NCBI GenBank assembly: GCA_031418955.1
Contig: JANOJW010000182.1
Span: forward strand, 1-43,550
DNA from: Hyphomicrobiales bacterium
Lineage (GTDB): Bacteria; Pseudomonadota; Alphaproteobacteria; Rhizobiales; Hyphomicrobiaceae
DNA: 43,550 bases
Reading direction: 5' to 3'
Shown here: one piece after another, positions 17,824 to 27,736 of the stretch
How positions within the stretch are numbered: position 1 is the stretch's first letter
How the letters are laid out: every line of letters starts with the position of its first letter
Program-made: the position numbers and the translations under genes
Notes under the pieces: model-generated
The model's database searches: none
Seen by the model: only the letters and a program-made list of their open reading frames with translations
Told to the model about the DNA's origin: nothing

Positions 17824-19074
17824 TCACCGGTTCACGGCCAACAGCACGCCAGCGAGCAGGGCCAGCAGGCCGACGCTCGCGTAGGCCAGATCATAGCTGC
17901 CCGACCCCAGGATCACGAGGCTCATGAGTGACGGCAGCACCATGACGCCTGAAAACATGCACGCCGCGCCGAGCCCGGTCGCCTCCGTGCGCTTGGTCCC
18001 GCCGAGCCGTGCGTACTCACCATAGGCGATGCCTGTGAAGCCGCTCGCGGTGGCGCCGGCCGTGACGCACACCAGGATCACCAGCACCGGCGCCCAGCCC
18101 GGCCCGAACTCGCCAGCCAGAACAGCCATCACGCAACTGATCGCGCCTTGCAGAGCCAGCAGCCAGCGCGCCGGTACCACGTTGTCCGCAAGCCAGCCCC
18201 AGATCGGCCGCGAGATGACGCCCGCGATCTGGTAGGCCGCCAGCGCTTGGCCCGCGCCAACGAGATCGAAACCGGCCGCCGTGGTCAGGTGTGTCGTCAT
18301 GTAGACGATGAAGCACAGCTGCATCCCCGAATACACGAACGACGCAAAGGACAGTGTCTGCAGCGCCGTGTTGCCGCGCAGCAGGCGCAGCGGCTCGAAC
18401 AGTCCGCGGGCGTCATCGTGCTCGGGGTCGCGATGCCGGTCCCAGGACTTACGCACGATCAGCAGCCACGCCATCAGCAGGCCGATCGGCGCGATCTGCA
18501 GCAGCAGTGTCGTCCGCCAGCCGTAGTGCTGCGCTAAGGGAGGCACCAACAGCCCCGCCAGCACGCCGCCGAGCGGCACGCCGATCTGGCGCAGCGACAG
18601 CACGACGTTCATCTTGGAGGGCGGCGTCTGCGGCACCAGCAGGTGCGTGCTCGCCGGCGCTGTCGCGCCATAGGCAAGGCCCATCAGGCAGGCAGCGAGC
18701 GCGATGCCCGCAATCGTCCCCGTGGCTGCCGTGCCGATCATCACGAGCGTCGCCACCAGCACGCCGAGGCTGACCGCCACCGCGCCGCGCCGCCGGATCG
18801 TGCCGGGCGAGAACAGCGCGGAGAAGATGCCGACCCCGTACACCATCGAGATGAAGAACCCGATCAGCGCCGGGTGCACGCCGAGATCGCGCCCGACCGC
18901 AGGCGCAACCGCGGGCAGCGTATAGGCCGCCGCCGTCGCCAGCGTCTGCACGGCGAGGGTGGCGAGCAGCGGCCACAGCGGAAAGCGCAGCACGACCGCC
19001 GTAGCTGGCGTCGGCGCGGCCATTTGCGGCGATGGCGCGTCCCGGCCCGGCTCGTCTGTGCGTGTCGTTTGCAT
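17824..19074 (-). CDS. MFS transporter
   Basis: About 12 hydrophobic spans with MFS loop-like motifs. ATG 19074 is preferred (alternative ATG 19023). The upstream extension to 19275 is Arg/Gly-rich noise. Confidence 0.8.
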   Translation of the reverse strand: MQTTRTDEPGRDAPSPQMAAPTPATAVVLRFPLWPLLATLAVQTLATAAAYTLPAVAPAVGRDLGVHPALIGFFISMVYGVGIFSALFSPGTIRRRGAVAVSLGVLVATLVMIGTAATGTIAGIALAACLMGLAYGATAPASTHLLVPQTPPSKMNVVLSLRQIGVPLGGVLAGLLVPPLAQHYGWRTTLLLQIAPIGLLMAWLLIVRKSWDRHRDPEHDDARGLFEPLRLLRGNTALQTLSFASFVYSGMQLCFIVYMTTHLTTAAGFDLVGAGQALAAYQIAGVISRPIWGWLADNVVPARWLLALQGAISCVMAVLAGEFGPGWAPVLVILVCVTAGATASGFTGIAYGEYARLGGTKRTEATGLGAACMFSGVMVLPSLMSLVILGSGSYDLAYASVGLLALLAGVLLAVNR

Positions 19075-19246
19075 GCAGCCAATCGATGCAGCGCCGGCGG
19101 TACCTGCCCCGGAGATTGACTGAAGCCGAACTCCGCGGCGGCCGCAAGGCACGCCCCCGCGCCGCTCCCATGTCCGGCCATGCAATCTGTTTGACGTCCG
19201 GCGGCGGGGTTCAGACCCGCCCGCAGCGCCGTGCCGGGCCCCCGCC

Positions 19247-20014
19247 TCACGCCGCCGTGCGCAACCGCTCGGCATGCCAAGACGCCGGCACGACGCCGAT
19301 CAGGCCTAGCGCGGGTTGCGGTCCGGCTGCGGCGAGCCGTGTCGGATCGAGGCTCCACTTGGCGGCGACCTGCATCACCTGCATCTCGGTCGGGTAGATC
19401 ACGGGTTCCACGTCGCCAGGCTTGCGGCGCCCCGAACCTCGCCCCCCGCGCACCTCGTAGAGCTTCAACCCCAGCGCCTTCTCTTCCTTGGTCGGCTTGC
19501 CCTTGTTCCAGATCGGCCCCTGGTCGCTGATGGCAAAGGCGCGGATCAACTGGCCATCGATGATGCGGGCCCAGGCGAAATGATCGATGTCGGGGCAGCT
19601 CGAGTAGTAGTGCACCTCGATGAAGGTGGCGCCGAGATCGACGAGCAGCGGCATCGTCTTTTCCGCGAACGCGGCCCCGAGCGGCTGCGGCAGCGACAGC
19701 CCCACGACGAACGTCCAACCATTGACCGGCGGCGAGATGAACACGCGGCCCGGGCCATACTCCGGGCTGTAGACGGTGCCGAGCCCGGTGCTCCAGTTGG
19801 CGCTTTCGACATGGGACAAGGCCAGCGTCTCGACCACGCGTTGGGTATCGCGCGTCCGCACGGCGAGCCACGTCATGCGATAGCCGAACGGCGGCGGCAG
19901 GTCCGGCGTCTGGGCAAAGATCAGCCGCCCGGCGCCGACACGCGGCGCGAGTACGTAAGCCGCGACCGTGATGGTGACAGCGATCAGGGCGATGATGACG
20001 GCGGCAGCCAGCAC
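19247..20014 (-). CDS. hypothetical protein with an N-terminal TM anchor
   Basis: GTG start; a single N-terminal TM (MLAAAVIIALIAVTITVAAYVLA) is followed by a ~225-aa soluble domain with no motif I recognise. The sequence is protein-like and the ORF is clean. Confidence 0.55.
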   Translation of the reverse strand: MLAAAVIIALIAVTITVAAYVLAPRVGAGRLIFAQTPDLPPPFGYRMTWLAVRTRDTQRVVETLALSHVESANWSTGLGTVYSPEYGPGRVFISPPVNGWTFVVGLSLPQPLGAAFAEKTMPLLVDLGATFIEVHYYSSCPDIDHFAWARIIDGQLIRAFAISDQGPIWNKGKPTKEEKALGLKLYEVRGGRGSGRRKPGDVEPVIYPTEMQVMQVAAKWSLDPTRLAAAGPQPALGLIGVVPASWHAERLRTAA

Positions 20015-20232
20015 GATGATTCGAGTCTCCCCCGCAGGCCCGTGCTATCGGCCCGTTCGCGCGTCCCAGCAAGCGCCGGCCGCACCCCGCCTGGGGAAAA
20101 GGCCAAGCCCTGTGGCGGCGCTGCACGCCCCGCACGGGAACTCGTGACAGCCCTCGCCATGGCGCGGATCGGCGAATGCGGCTATGAGACCATCGGTCAA
20201 ACGACCGCCGACCTCGATCAGAGCCCAGTCCC

Positions 20233-21519
20233 ATGAACCGCCCCGAGCGCATCGAGACCGATACTGCCCGCACCCTGCGCGAGATCGGTGCCAAGGCCCG
20301 CGCCGCCCAAGCTGTACTCTCCGTCGCGCCGACCGCCGCCAAGAACCAGGCGTTGATCCAGGCGGCACGGGCGCTCCGGACGCGAAAATCCCAGATCCTG
20401 ACCGCCAACGCTCTCGACCTGACGGCGGCGCGCGAGCGGGGCACAGCGGGTGCGTTCCTCGATCGGCTGGCGCTCGACGACAAGCGCATCGAGGCGATCG
20501 CCCGGGGCCTCGAGGAGATCGCGGCGCTCGCCGACCCGGTCGGCACGATTATCGCCGACTGGGAGCGGCCCAACGGCTTGCGCATCGAACGCGTGCGCAC
20601 GCCGCTCGGCGTCATCGGCATCATCTACGAGAGCCGCCCCAACGTCACCGCCGACGCCGGCGGCCTGTGTCTCAAGGCCGGCAATGCGGCGATCCTGCGC
20701 GGCGGCTCCGAGAGCTTCCATTCGAGCCGGGCGATCCATGCCTGCCTGGTTGCTGGACTGCTGGCTGCGGACCTGCCGGAGGCGGCGATCCAGATCGTGC
20801 CGACCACGGACCGCGAAGCTGTCGGCCTGATGCTCGGTGGTCTCGACGGCAACATCGACGTGATCGTGCCGCGCGGCGGAAAAAGCCTCGTCGCGCGCGT
20901 TCAGGACGAGGCGCGTGTGCCCGTGTTCGCGCATTTGGAGGGCATCTGCCACGTCTACGTCGATCGCGGCGCGGATTTGGAGCTCGCCGTGCCGCTGGTG
21001 GTCAACGCCAAGATGCGGCGCACCTCGATCTGCGGCGCGGCCGAGTGCCTGCTCGTCGACCGTGGCGCGCACGAGGATTACCTCACCCCCTTGGTCAAGG
21101 CGCTTCTCGAGGCCGGTTGCCAGGTGCGAGGCGATGCAGCGACCGCGGCGTGCGACTCCCGTGTCAAGGCCGCCACCGCGGACGATTACGGCAAGGAGTT
21201 CCTGGACGCCATCATCGCGGTCAAAGTCGTCGACGGCGTCGACGAGGCGATCGCCCACATCGCACGCTACGGCTCGCAGCACACCGACTGCATCGTCACG
21301 GAATGCAACGGCACGGCTGCGCGGTTCGTCGCGCGCGTCGACAGCGCCATTGTACTGGTCAACGCCTCGACGCAGTTCGCCGACGGGGGCGAGTTCGGCA
21401 TGGGCGCTGAGATCGGCATCGCCACGGGCCGTATGCACGCGCGCGGCCCCGTCGGGGTCGAGCAGCTGACGAGCTTCAAGTACGTGGTGCGCGGCACGGG
21501 GCAGATCCGGGCGACGTGA
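20233..21519 (+). CDS. proA: gamma-glutamyl phosphate reductase ProA
   Basis: Full-length ProA signature ([42 protein letters not shown]). Confidence 0.95.
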   Translation: MNRPERIETDTARTLREIGAKARAAQAVLSVAPTAAKNQALIQAARALRTRKSQILTANALDLTAARERGTAGAFLDRLALDDKRIEAIARGLEEIAALADPVGTIIADWERPNGLRIERVRTPLGVIGIIYESRPNVTADAGGLCLKAGNAAILRGGSESFHSSRAIHACLVAGLLAADLPEAAIQIVPTTDREAVGLMLGGLDGNIDVIVPRGGKSLVARVQDEARVPVFAHLEGICHVYVDRGADLELAVPLVVNAKMRRTSICGAAECLLVDRGAHEDYLTPLVKALLEAGCQVRGDAATAACDSRVKAATADDYGKEFLDAIIAVKVVDGVDEAIAHIARYGSQHTDCIVTECNGTAARFVARVDSAIVLVNASTQFADGGEFGMGAEIGIATGRMHARGPVGVEQLTSFKYVVRGTGQIRAT

Positions 21520-21536
21520 GCCCGTCCCGCGTCCGT

Positions 21537-22226
21537 TCAGCGTGCGGGCTCTTCCGAGGCCTGTGCTCCATTGGATCCGACCGCCGCGACCGGTGACGTC
21601 ATGAACCGGGCGGCTGCGTCGGCCGCCGCCGCGAGGTTGCCCTTGCGCGTGAAGCCCGAGCCGCCGCGCGCCCCGAAATCATGGTCGCCGTCGCCGAGCC
21701 AGGCGATCTCGATGGATTTCGACAGCGCGTAACCCTCGACCTCCTCGCGGGTGCCGAACGGATCGCGTTCGCCCTGCACGATCAGCGCCGGGCAGACGAG
21801 GTGTTCCAGATGCGCGGTGCGTGTGGCTTCCGGTGTGCCGGGCGGGTGGAAGGGATAGCCGAAGCACACCAGACCGCGGATCCGCGCCTGCTCGTGCATG
21901 TTGCCGGCGACGAAACTCGCGACACGCCCGCCCATCGACTTGCCTCCGATGAACAAGGGGCCGCGCGCGGCCCGCCGCGCCTCGACGATTGCGGTCTCGA
22001 AGGCGGTCCCGAGCGTCTCGGCCTTCGGCGCGGGCTTGCGCTTGCCCGTCGTGCGCCGCGAGACCATGTAGGGGAACTCGAAGCGCAGCACTTCGATTTG
22101 GCGGGCGGCGAGCAGGTCCGCCATCTCGTTCATGAAGCGGCTGTCCATCGGCGCGCCTGCTCCGTGCGCGAGCAGCAGCGTGGCGGCGGCATCGCCGGCA
22201 GGTTCGGTGACGAGAAAGGGTTCCAT
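21537..22226 (-). CDS. alpha/beta-fold hydrolase (COG3571-like)
   Basis: LLLAHGAGAPMDS..., the nucleophile elbow GGKSMGGRV, and ...GDHDF are present. Confidence 0.75.
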   Translation of the reverse strand: MEPFLVTEPAGDAAATLLLAHGAGAPMDSRFMNEMADLLAARQIEVLRFEFPYMVSRRTTGKRKPAPKAETLGTAFETAIVEARRAARGPLFIGGKSMGGRVASFVAGNMHEQARIRGLVCFGYPFHPPGTPEATRTAHLEHLVCPALIVQGERDPFGTREEVEGYALSKSIEIAWLGDGDHDFGARGGSGFTRKGNLAAAADAAARFMTSPVAAVGSNGAQASEEPAR

Positions 22227-22288
22227 GCGCCTTCATCGACGAGCCGACCGCGATTGGCAAGGCGGCATTGCCGACGCACCACCCGCCG

Positions 22289-22936
22289 TCATGACTGGTC
22301 ACGCAGCTGCCGCATCGCCCACCGGGCCGCTTCCGGCACCGGCTCGATGATCGGCACCGGGGAGCGCGCGGCGATGGCACGGGCTGCTCGCGAGAGCGGC
22401 CCCCCGCCGATGACCACGGCTTCGGCGCCATCGACCATGATGCAGCGATCAACCAGCTCTGCAAGTGCTGCCTCGAGTGCGGCCGCGTCCGCAGTCAATA
22501 CGGCCGGGTCTTGCGCCGTGACCTGGATGCTGGCGAGCTGGCCCGCAAAACCCAGCATTTGCACGCGGGCGCGGATCGCTGGCGCCAGTAGCGGTGTTGT
22601 GGTCGCAATCGAGAAGCGCCGCCCCCGATCGGCAGCCAGTCGTATCGAGGCTTCTCCGATCCCGATCACAGGCACTGCCAACCGCTCGCGCAATGCGTCC
22701 GCCGCGGGGTCACCGAACGCGGCGACAATCACCGCATTGCCCGTCATGAGTCCTTGAAGATCCAGGACGGCATCGGCGGCAATAGCGAGCGCGGCTGGAT
22801 CGACGATCAGCGATGCCCCGGTGCGCGCCGTGATCCCCGTGACCGTGACATCTGCGGGCACGGCCATGCGCGCCATCTCGACCATCAGCGCGGTCGTGGC
22901 GGCAGACGTGTTCGGATTGACGATCTGAATATGCAC
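22289..22936 (-). CDS. Asp/Glu/hydantoin racemase family protein
   Basis: The N-terminus (M)HIQIVNPNTSAATT..., ...VIVAAFGDP... and ...VVIGGGPL... are typical of hydantoin-racemase-like proteins. GTG start. Confidence 0.7.
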   Translation of the reverse strand: MHIQIVNPNTSAATTALMVEMARMAVPADVTVTGITARTGASLIVDPAALAIAADAVLDLQGLMTGNAVIVAAFGDPAADALRERLAVPVIGIGEASIRLAADRGRRFSIATTTPLLAPAIRARVQMLGFAGQLASIQVTAQDPAVLTADAAALEAALAELVDRCIMVDGAEAVVIGGGPLSRAARAIAARSPVPIIEPVPEAARWAMRQLRDQS

Positions 22937-23007
22937 CAGGGAGACCGAAACGGCAGGCGATCGTCCCTGTCAAGCCGGCACCTGCACACATGAAATATTA
23001 TGCCCGG

Positions 23008-23622
23008 TCAGGCCTGCTCGGTGAGGCGCGCGTGCGTACGCAGCGTCACCGCCGCCAGCACCATGACGGCGAGAGCTGAGAACAGGAACACCTGGTGGGC
23101 GGCCCAGTCCGGGCGGCGGGAGAGGAGCTTGCCGCTCAGCACGAGGAACGCGAGACCGCTGGCCGCCAACACGCCTTGCCCGATCGTGAGGGGGACGGCG
23201 AGGCGCACGAGCATCGCTCGGGTCGTATCACCCGCATCGCGCACGAGCCGAGCGAACTCGTAGGAGAGGGCGGCAAGCAGCGCGAAAGCCAGCGCATACT
23301 GCCAGCCGTGCTGCCATCGCAGGCCCGTCAGCGGCGTCAGATAGAGCGCATGCATGGCGATCGCCGACCACGCGTAGGCGGCGCCGAGCGCGCGCGCATT
23401 GCGGTGGAGTGCCTGCTCGACCACGTCGCGCGGCGGCGAAGCAGCGGTCGATCGCCAGTCAGGCAGGTTCGAGAGCAGGACCGCCATGATCGCGGTGGCG
23501 ACGAACAGGCATGCGGGCGGCACGATCATGCCGACACGTCCGCGAGCGGCGGCATAGACCATCAGCGCCACGGTCGAGAGGATCGCGGCGATGAGCAACG
23601 GGGTCTGATCGCGCGATGTCAT
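23008..23622 (-). CDS. hypothetical polytopic membrane protein (paralog A)
   Basis: About 6 TM spans. It shares RALGAAYAWSAIAMHALY and PDWAAHQVFLFSALAVMVLAAV blocks with the adjacent gene. Confidence 0.6.
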   Translation of the reverse strand: MTSRDQTPLLIAAILSTVALMVYAAARGRVGMIVPPACLFVATAIMAVLLSNLPDWRSTAASPPRDVVEQALHRNARALGAAYAWSAIAMHALYLTPLTGLRWQHGWQYALAFALLAALSYEFARLVRDAGDTTRAMLVRLAVPLTIGQGVLAASGLAFLVLSGKLLSRRPDWAAHQVFLFSALAVMVLAAVTLRTHARLTEQA

Positions 23623-23680
23623 GGGGTGCACCTCGCCTCGCTGCCGTGAAGCCGCCGCCAGCTGTCGCCGGTCGGCAGCA

Positions 23681-24274
23681 TCAGTCCTTCCTCAAGGTCC
23701 GAAACGCGTTCCAGCTGATCGCTGCAACTGCCATGGCGCCGAAGAAGAACACGTTGTTGGCCGCCCAGTCCTGCCAGCCGACGCGCTGGCCGGCTTCCTT
23801 GGTGAAGCGCCACATCTTGCCGTCGATGACGAGCCCGCCCATCACGATCACCATGGCGAACATGAAGAACAGCGACAGGCCATAGGCGATCTTCGCCATG
23901 CCGATGTCGCTGGCGCCAGCCTCGGCGTCCTTGCGCAGGGTCGCTGAAATGAACAGGCACAGACCCGCCAGGACGAAGAAGCCGAGGAAGAAGGCGAACC
24001 ATTCGCGCCAGCTCAGGATGAAGGTGTAGGTCGCCAGCAGCGACAGCGCCGCCCAACTCCATATGAGCCCGATATGGCGGAAGCATGAGCTTGCCTGCAG
24101 CGCGATGTCGGCGCGCGTGGCAGGCTCCCGGTGCTCCTGGAACGACGCCAGCGCGACGAAGATGCTGACCGCCGCGGCGATCGCCATGTGAATGTAGTAG
24201 GCCTTCGTTGCAGCGGCCACGATCATGGCCGCGATGCTGAAGCCGATGCCCAGCATCCAGATGACTTGCGACAT
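23681..24274 (-). CDS. hypothetical polytopic membrane protein (paralog B)
   Basis: A strong GGAGGGGGAG RBS precedes ATG 24274. About 6 TM spans, with blocks RHIGLIWSWAALSLLATY and QDWAANNVFFFGAMAVAAISWN matching paralog A. Confidence 0.6.
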   Translation of the reverse strand: MSQVIWMLGIGFSIAAMIVAAATKAYYIHMAIAAAVSIFVALASFQEHREPATRADIALQASSCFRHIGLIWSWAALSLLATYTFILSWREWFAFFLGFFVLAGLCLFISATLRKDAEAGASDIGMAKIAYGLSLFFMFAMVIVMGGLVIDGKMWRFTKEAGQRVGWQDWAANNVFFFGAMAVAAISWNAFRTLRKD

Positions 24275-24356
24275 TCTCCCCCTCCCCGGTGGTTTGAGCG
24301 GACCTTGCCAGTGCAGGCTTTACCAGTCGTTAACGACCGTCGACAGAAGGGAAGCG

Positions 24357-24893
24357 TCACTTGGGCTTTGGCTGCAGCGCCTTGAGTTTGGCGAACGGGT
24401 GAATGCGGTCGTCGACAGCCGGGGCCGCCTGCGTGAGATCGAGGGCGGCGTTAGGGCTCCGCGGATAGGGATCGAGGGCGGCGGCGATCTCCTGGTAGAC
24501 GATATCGCCGAGGTCGATCGAGCCATTGCGGATCGGCTCGATGAGCGGGGCCTCGACGGTGTCGGTATCGTCAGGATCGCCGTCGCCGTCCGGAACGCGC
24601 GGCATCTGCTCCATGGGCACGAGGTCGATCTCGAGGGCCAAATCGAGTGCCGCAGGCACGGGATCGAGCGTGACGACGCAGGCCTGCGTCACGTCGGCGA
24701 ACAGTTTACCGGTCAGCCGATAGCGGCCGGCGCCGCGCGACAGCAGCCGCCCCTTCAATTCGACGCGCGTGACCTCCAGCACCGCGAGAGCCACGGCAAG
24801 TTCGCGACAGTCCTCTGGCGTGGCGCGCCGCGCCAGCGGGAGTCCTCCGTCGGGGATCTCGGCGACAGCCGCGGACCAGGCAAGCGGGCTCAT
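24357..24893 (-). CDS. yceD: YceD/DUF177-family protein
   Basis: ...DVTQACVVTLDPV..., an acidic stretch, and ...IDLGDIVYQEIAAALDPYPR are present. The start overlaps the upstream stop (ATGA at 24890-24893). Confidence 0.8.
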   Translation of the reverse strand: MSPLAWSAAVAEIPDGGLPLARRATPEDCRELAVALAVLEVTRVELKGRLLSRGAGRYRLTGKLFADVTQACVVTLDPVPAALDLALEIDLVPMEQMPRVPDGDGDPDDTDTVEAPLIEPIRNGSIDLGDIVYQEIAAALDPYPRSPNAALDLTQAAPAVDDRIHPFAKLKALQPKPK

Positions 24894-25480
24894 CGGGCGT
24901 CTCCAACTGGCAGTGGCGGGAAGGCGATCTCTCCGGCAAGCAGTGTGGCGCTGTCCGTGCCGTCGACCATGACCGCCGCGCGCCGGACATAGTCCGCGAG
25001 GCGATCGGCATGGTCCCGATGCCGGGCCATTTTGGCCGGGTCGGTGCAACCATAGACGTGGTCCAGCAGCGCCGCCTCGAGCCGGTCGTCGGGGCCGTTC
25101 CGTTGCGCCGCCGCTTCGACGGGCTCGGCCGCCAGCGCCGCGGTGTAGGCTCCGGACCGTTCGGCGAAAGCCCCGGCTGCTTTTTGGATGCGCTTGGGCA
25201 CGCCCATGTCGTAGCCGATCTGGCGCAACGCGTCGTCCATGTCCGATATCAGCTTTTCGAGCACAATCTGGCCCAGCCGCTGGCCGACGGCGCCTTCCCG
25301 CTTGAGCCGCTCACGCACCAGGAACAGATGCAGCACGATCATGTCGAACCGGCCTTCCATGGTGTCGGGAACTCCTAGCTCCCGATAGAGCGGTTCGGAT
25401 CGCGCTTGCGCCACAATGCGTTCGTAGTGCTGGTGTCCAGTGCGCTTGAGTTCGCTGTTGCGGCGCAGCCAGTGCAGCAT
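24890..25480 (-). CDS. ubiquinol-cytochrome c chaperone (Cbp3-like) family protein
   Basis: YERIVAQARSEPLYRELGVPDTMEGRFDMIVLHLFLV...ISDMDDALRQIG is the family signature. GGAGA RBS. Confidence 0.8.
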   Translation of the reverse strand: MLHWLRRNSELKRTGHQHYERIVAQARSEPLYRELGVPDTMEGRFDMIVLHLFLVRERLKREGAVGQRLGQIVLEKLISDMDDALRQIGYDMGVPKRIQKAAGAFAERSGAYTAALAAEPVEAAAQRNGPDDRLEAALLDHVYGCTDPAKMARHRDHADRLADYVRRAAVMVDGTDSATLLAGEIAFPPLPVGDAR

Positions 25481-25642
25481 CGTCGTCTCCCGGGTTCGGC
25501 CGGCTGAGTGTTGGCCGAGCTGAGGTGTGGGCGAACGCTGCCGGAGCGTTGCCTTGGCTCCTAGGTAGGGCTAGGCGGGCTCGAGGGGAAGTGCTGCATC
25601 GATTCGCGTCGCTGCCGCAGGGGATGTCGGGCGAGGAAGCAG

Positions 25643-26125
25643 ATGGCGACTGGGGCACCGGTCTCGTTGGGTGGGATCTCGATGGTCAAGAGTTGGCGCA
25701 GGGCGTTGCTCGGGGCCGGACTGCTCACGCTCGCCGCGTGCGGCACCACGACCACCAAGCACGGCCACCACTTCGGCGACAATGACGTCGGCCAGATCCA
25801 GCCGGGCATGAGCCAGGACTCGGTCCGCATGGCGCTCGGCACGCCGACCACGACATCGGCGACCGGCGGTAGCAACGCCTACTACTACATCTCGAGCACG
25901 ACCAAGCAGACCGCCTTCTTCATGCCCGACGAGGTCGACCGGCGCGTGCTCGCCGTCTACTTCAACCGCATCGGTAGCGTCGAGCACGTCGCCAACTACG
26001 GTTTGAAAGACGGCCAGGTGATCAACTACGCCAAGGGCGAGACACCCGCCCACATCCGCGATCAGGGCTTCATCAAGAAGTTCTTCCGCGGCGTCGGGCC
26101 CAAGCAGAAGCTTCTCGACGAGTAA
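25643..26125 (+). CDS. bamE: outer membrane protein assembly factor BamE (SmpA/OmlA)
   Basis: Lipobox LLTLAAC and a BamE core (GHHFGDNDVGQIQPGMSQDSVRMALGTP). GAGGAAG RBS lies before ATG 25643; the alternative start is ATG 25682. Confidence 0.85.
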   Translation: MATGAPVSLGGISMVKSWRRALLGAGLLTLAACGTTTTKHGHHFGDNDVGQIQPGMSQDSVRMALGTPTTTSATGGSNAYYYISSTTKQTAFFMPDEVDRRVLAVYFNRIGSVEHVANYGLKDGQVINYAKGETPAHIRDQGFIKKFFRGVGPKQKLLDE

Positions 26126-26139
26126 GCGGCAACGTCGCC

Positions 26140-26793
26140 TCAAGGCTTCCATTTCAGGAAATTCGCGATCAGCCCGAGACCGAGCTTCTGGCTCTTCTCT
26201 GGGTGGAACTGTGTGCCCGCGATATTGTCGACGCCGACCAACGCGGTGACCGCGCCGCCGTAGTCGGTCTGCGCGACGATCGCATCGCGGTTCGTGGCTG
26301 CGAGATGGTAGGAGTGCACGAAATAGGCGTGCAGCCCTTGCGGTCCCGTCTCGAGCCCCGACAGCAACGCATGCGGGCGGCGCTGATCGAGCGTGTTCCA
26401 GCCCATGTGCGGGATCTTGAGGCCTGCGTCGTTCGGCGCTAGCACCCGCACCTCCCCGGCGATCCATCCGAGCCCGTCCGTCGTCGTATGCTCCAGTCCG
26501 CGGGTCGCGAGCAATTGCATGCCGACGCAGATGCCGAGGAATGGCCGGCCCTTGGCGCGCACGGTTTCCTCGAGCGCCTCGCGCAGGCCGGGCACCGCAT
26601 CGAGCCCGCGCTTGCAGTCGGCGAACGCGCCGACGCCGGGCAGCACGATGCGGTCGGCTGCGCCCACGTCAGCGGCGCTGCTGGTGACAATGATGCGGGC
26701 CTCGGCCGTACTCTCGCGGGCCGCGCGCTCGAACGCCTTTGCCGCCGAATGCAGGTTGCCCGAGCCGTAGTCGATGATGACGACGCGCTGCAT
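26140..26793 (-). CDS. hisH: imidazole glycerol phosphate synthase, glutamine amidotransferase subunit HisH
   Basis: [29 protein letters not shown] and FHPEKS are class-I GATase HisH motifs. Confidence 0.95.
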   Translation of the reverse strand: MQRVVIIDYGSGNLHSAAKAFERAARESTAEARIIVTSSAADVGAADRIVLPGVGAFADCKRGLDAVPGLREALEETVRAKGRPFLGICVGMQLLATRGLEHTTTDGLGWIAGEVRVLAPNDAGLKIPHMGWNTLDQRRPHALLSGLETGPQGLHAYFVHSYHLAATNRDAIVAQTDYGGAVTALVGVDNIAGTQFHPEKSQKLGLGLIANFLKWKP

Positions 26794-26799
26794 CAGGCT

Positions 26800-27300
26800 T
26801 TATCTCCAGCCCCCGAGCAGCCCGCCCGGCCGCGCGGTGAGCGGGCGCGTCAAGCCCGGCTGCCCGTTGGCGACGATGCTCGAGCCGGTGAGCGCGCCCT
26901 TCTGGATCACCGGCTGGCCCGGCAGCCAGCCCTCGAAGAAGCGGCGCTCGCAATCCTCGGCATTGCGCCCGTTGACGGAGGCGATCTGGCTCCAGCCGTG
27001 CCGCGCCAGCGTCCAGCGCTTCAGCGTGTCGGCCTCGAAGCCGACCAGCAGATGCAGCGCGCCCATCAGGATGGCGGCCGGTCGCTGGCCGATGTCGAGC
27101 GCCCAGAACGCCAGCTCGATGAAGGTCGCGGCCGCGACGTAGAACGCCAGCAGCAGCCACAGCTTGTTGGCGACCAGCCAGAACGGCGTCAACGCCGCGG
27201 CCCAGACGTTGAAGCCGTCCTTCACGAACGCCAGCTTCTCGGCCCGGTCGACCCGGTCGGCGGCAACGTCGGGGCTCTCATGCACGGTGTATGTGATCAT
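26800..27300 (-). CDS. DUF2628-family membrane protein
   Basis: MITYTVHE...FVKDGFNVWAAALTPFWLVANKLW... is the family usually found just upstream of hisH in alphaproteobacteria. Confidence 0.75.
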   Translation of the reverse strand: MITYTVHESPDVAADRVDRAEKLAFVKDGFNVWAAALTPFWLVANKLWLLLAFYVAAATFIELAFWALDIGQRPAAILMGALHLLVGFEADTLKRWTLARHGWSQIASVNGRNAEDCERRFFEGWLPGQPVIQKGALTGSSIVANGQPGLTRPLTARPGGLLGGWR

Positions 27301-27736
27301 AGGGGCTCTTTACTTGCGCTTTCAGATGCCCACAAGGCATCCTGCGGACTGCATCTTGCGCCTTTGGTTGCCCAGTGCCAACCGGCGCGTGGAACACCGC
27401 CAGCTGCGCTATTGAAAGCACCTTGTACGGCGCGCCGTGGTTGCCAGTGCTTTTCGCCGTCTTCCTCAGCGGCTCTGCGGTCGTCGTCAACCCGCAATGG
27501 ACAAGCCCGAGGAAGCCAACCGTTAGAGCGTCGTTCGACTGAACCGGGCCACACGCGGCACTCGGCCCACGGCGGTTGCCGGGAGTTGCCGGAAGATGCC
27601 CGCGCGTGGCGGCACGGGGGCTTATCTTATCGACAGGGAGACATCATTTTCGCTGAGGCGCCATGTTTCCGACAGCCCCCGCTGGTCACGTGGCGTTCGT
27701 TTTCGAGGCCACGTTGTTTTGAGGATTGCTCGCCCC

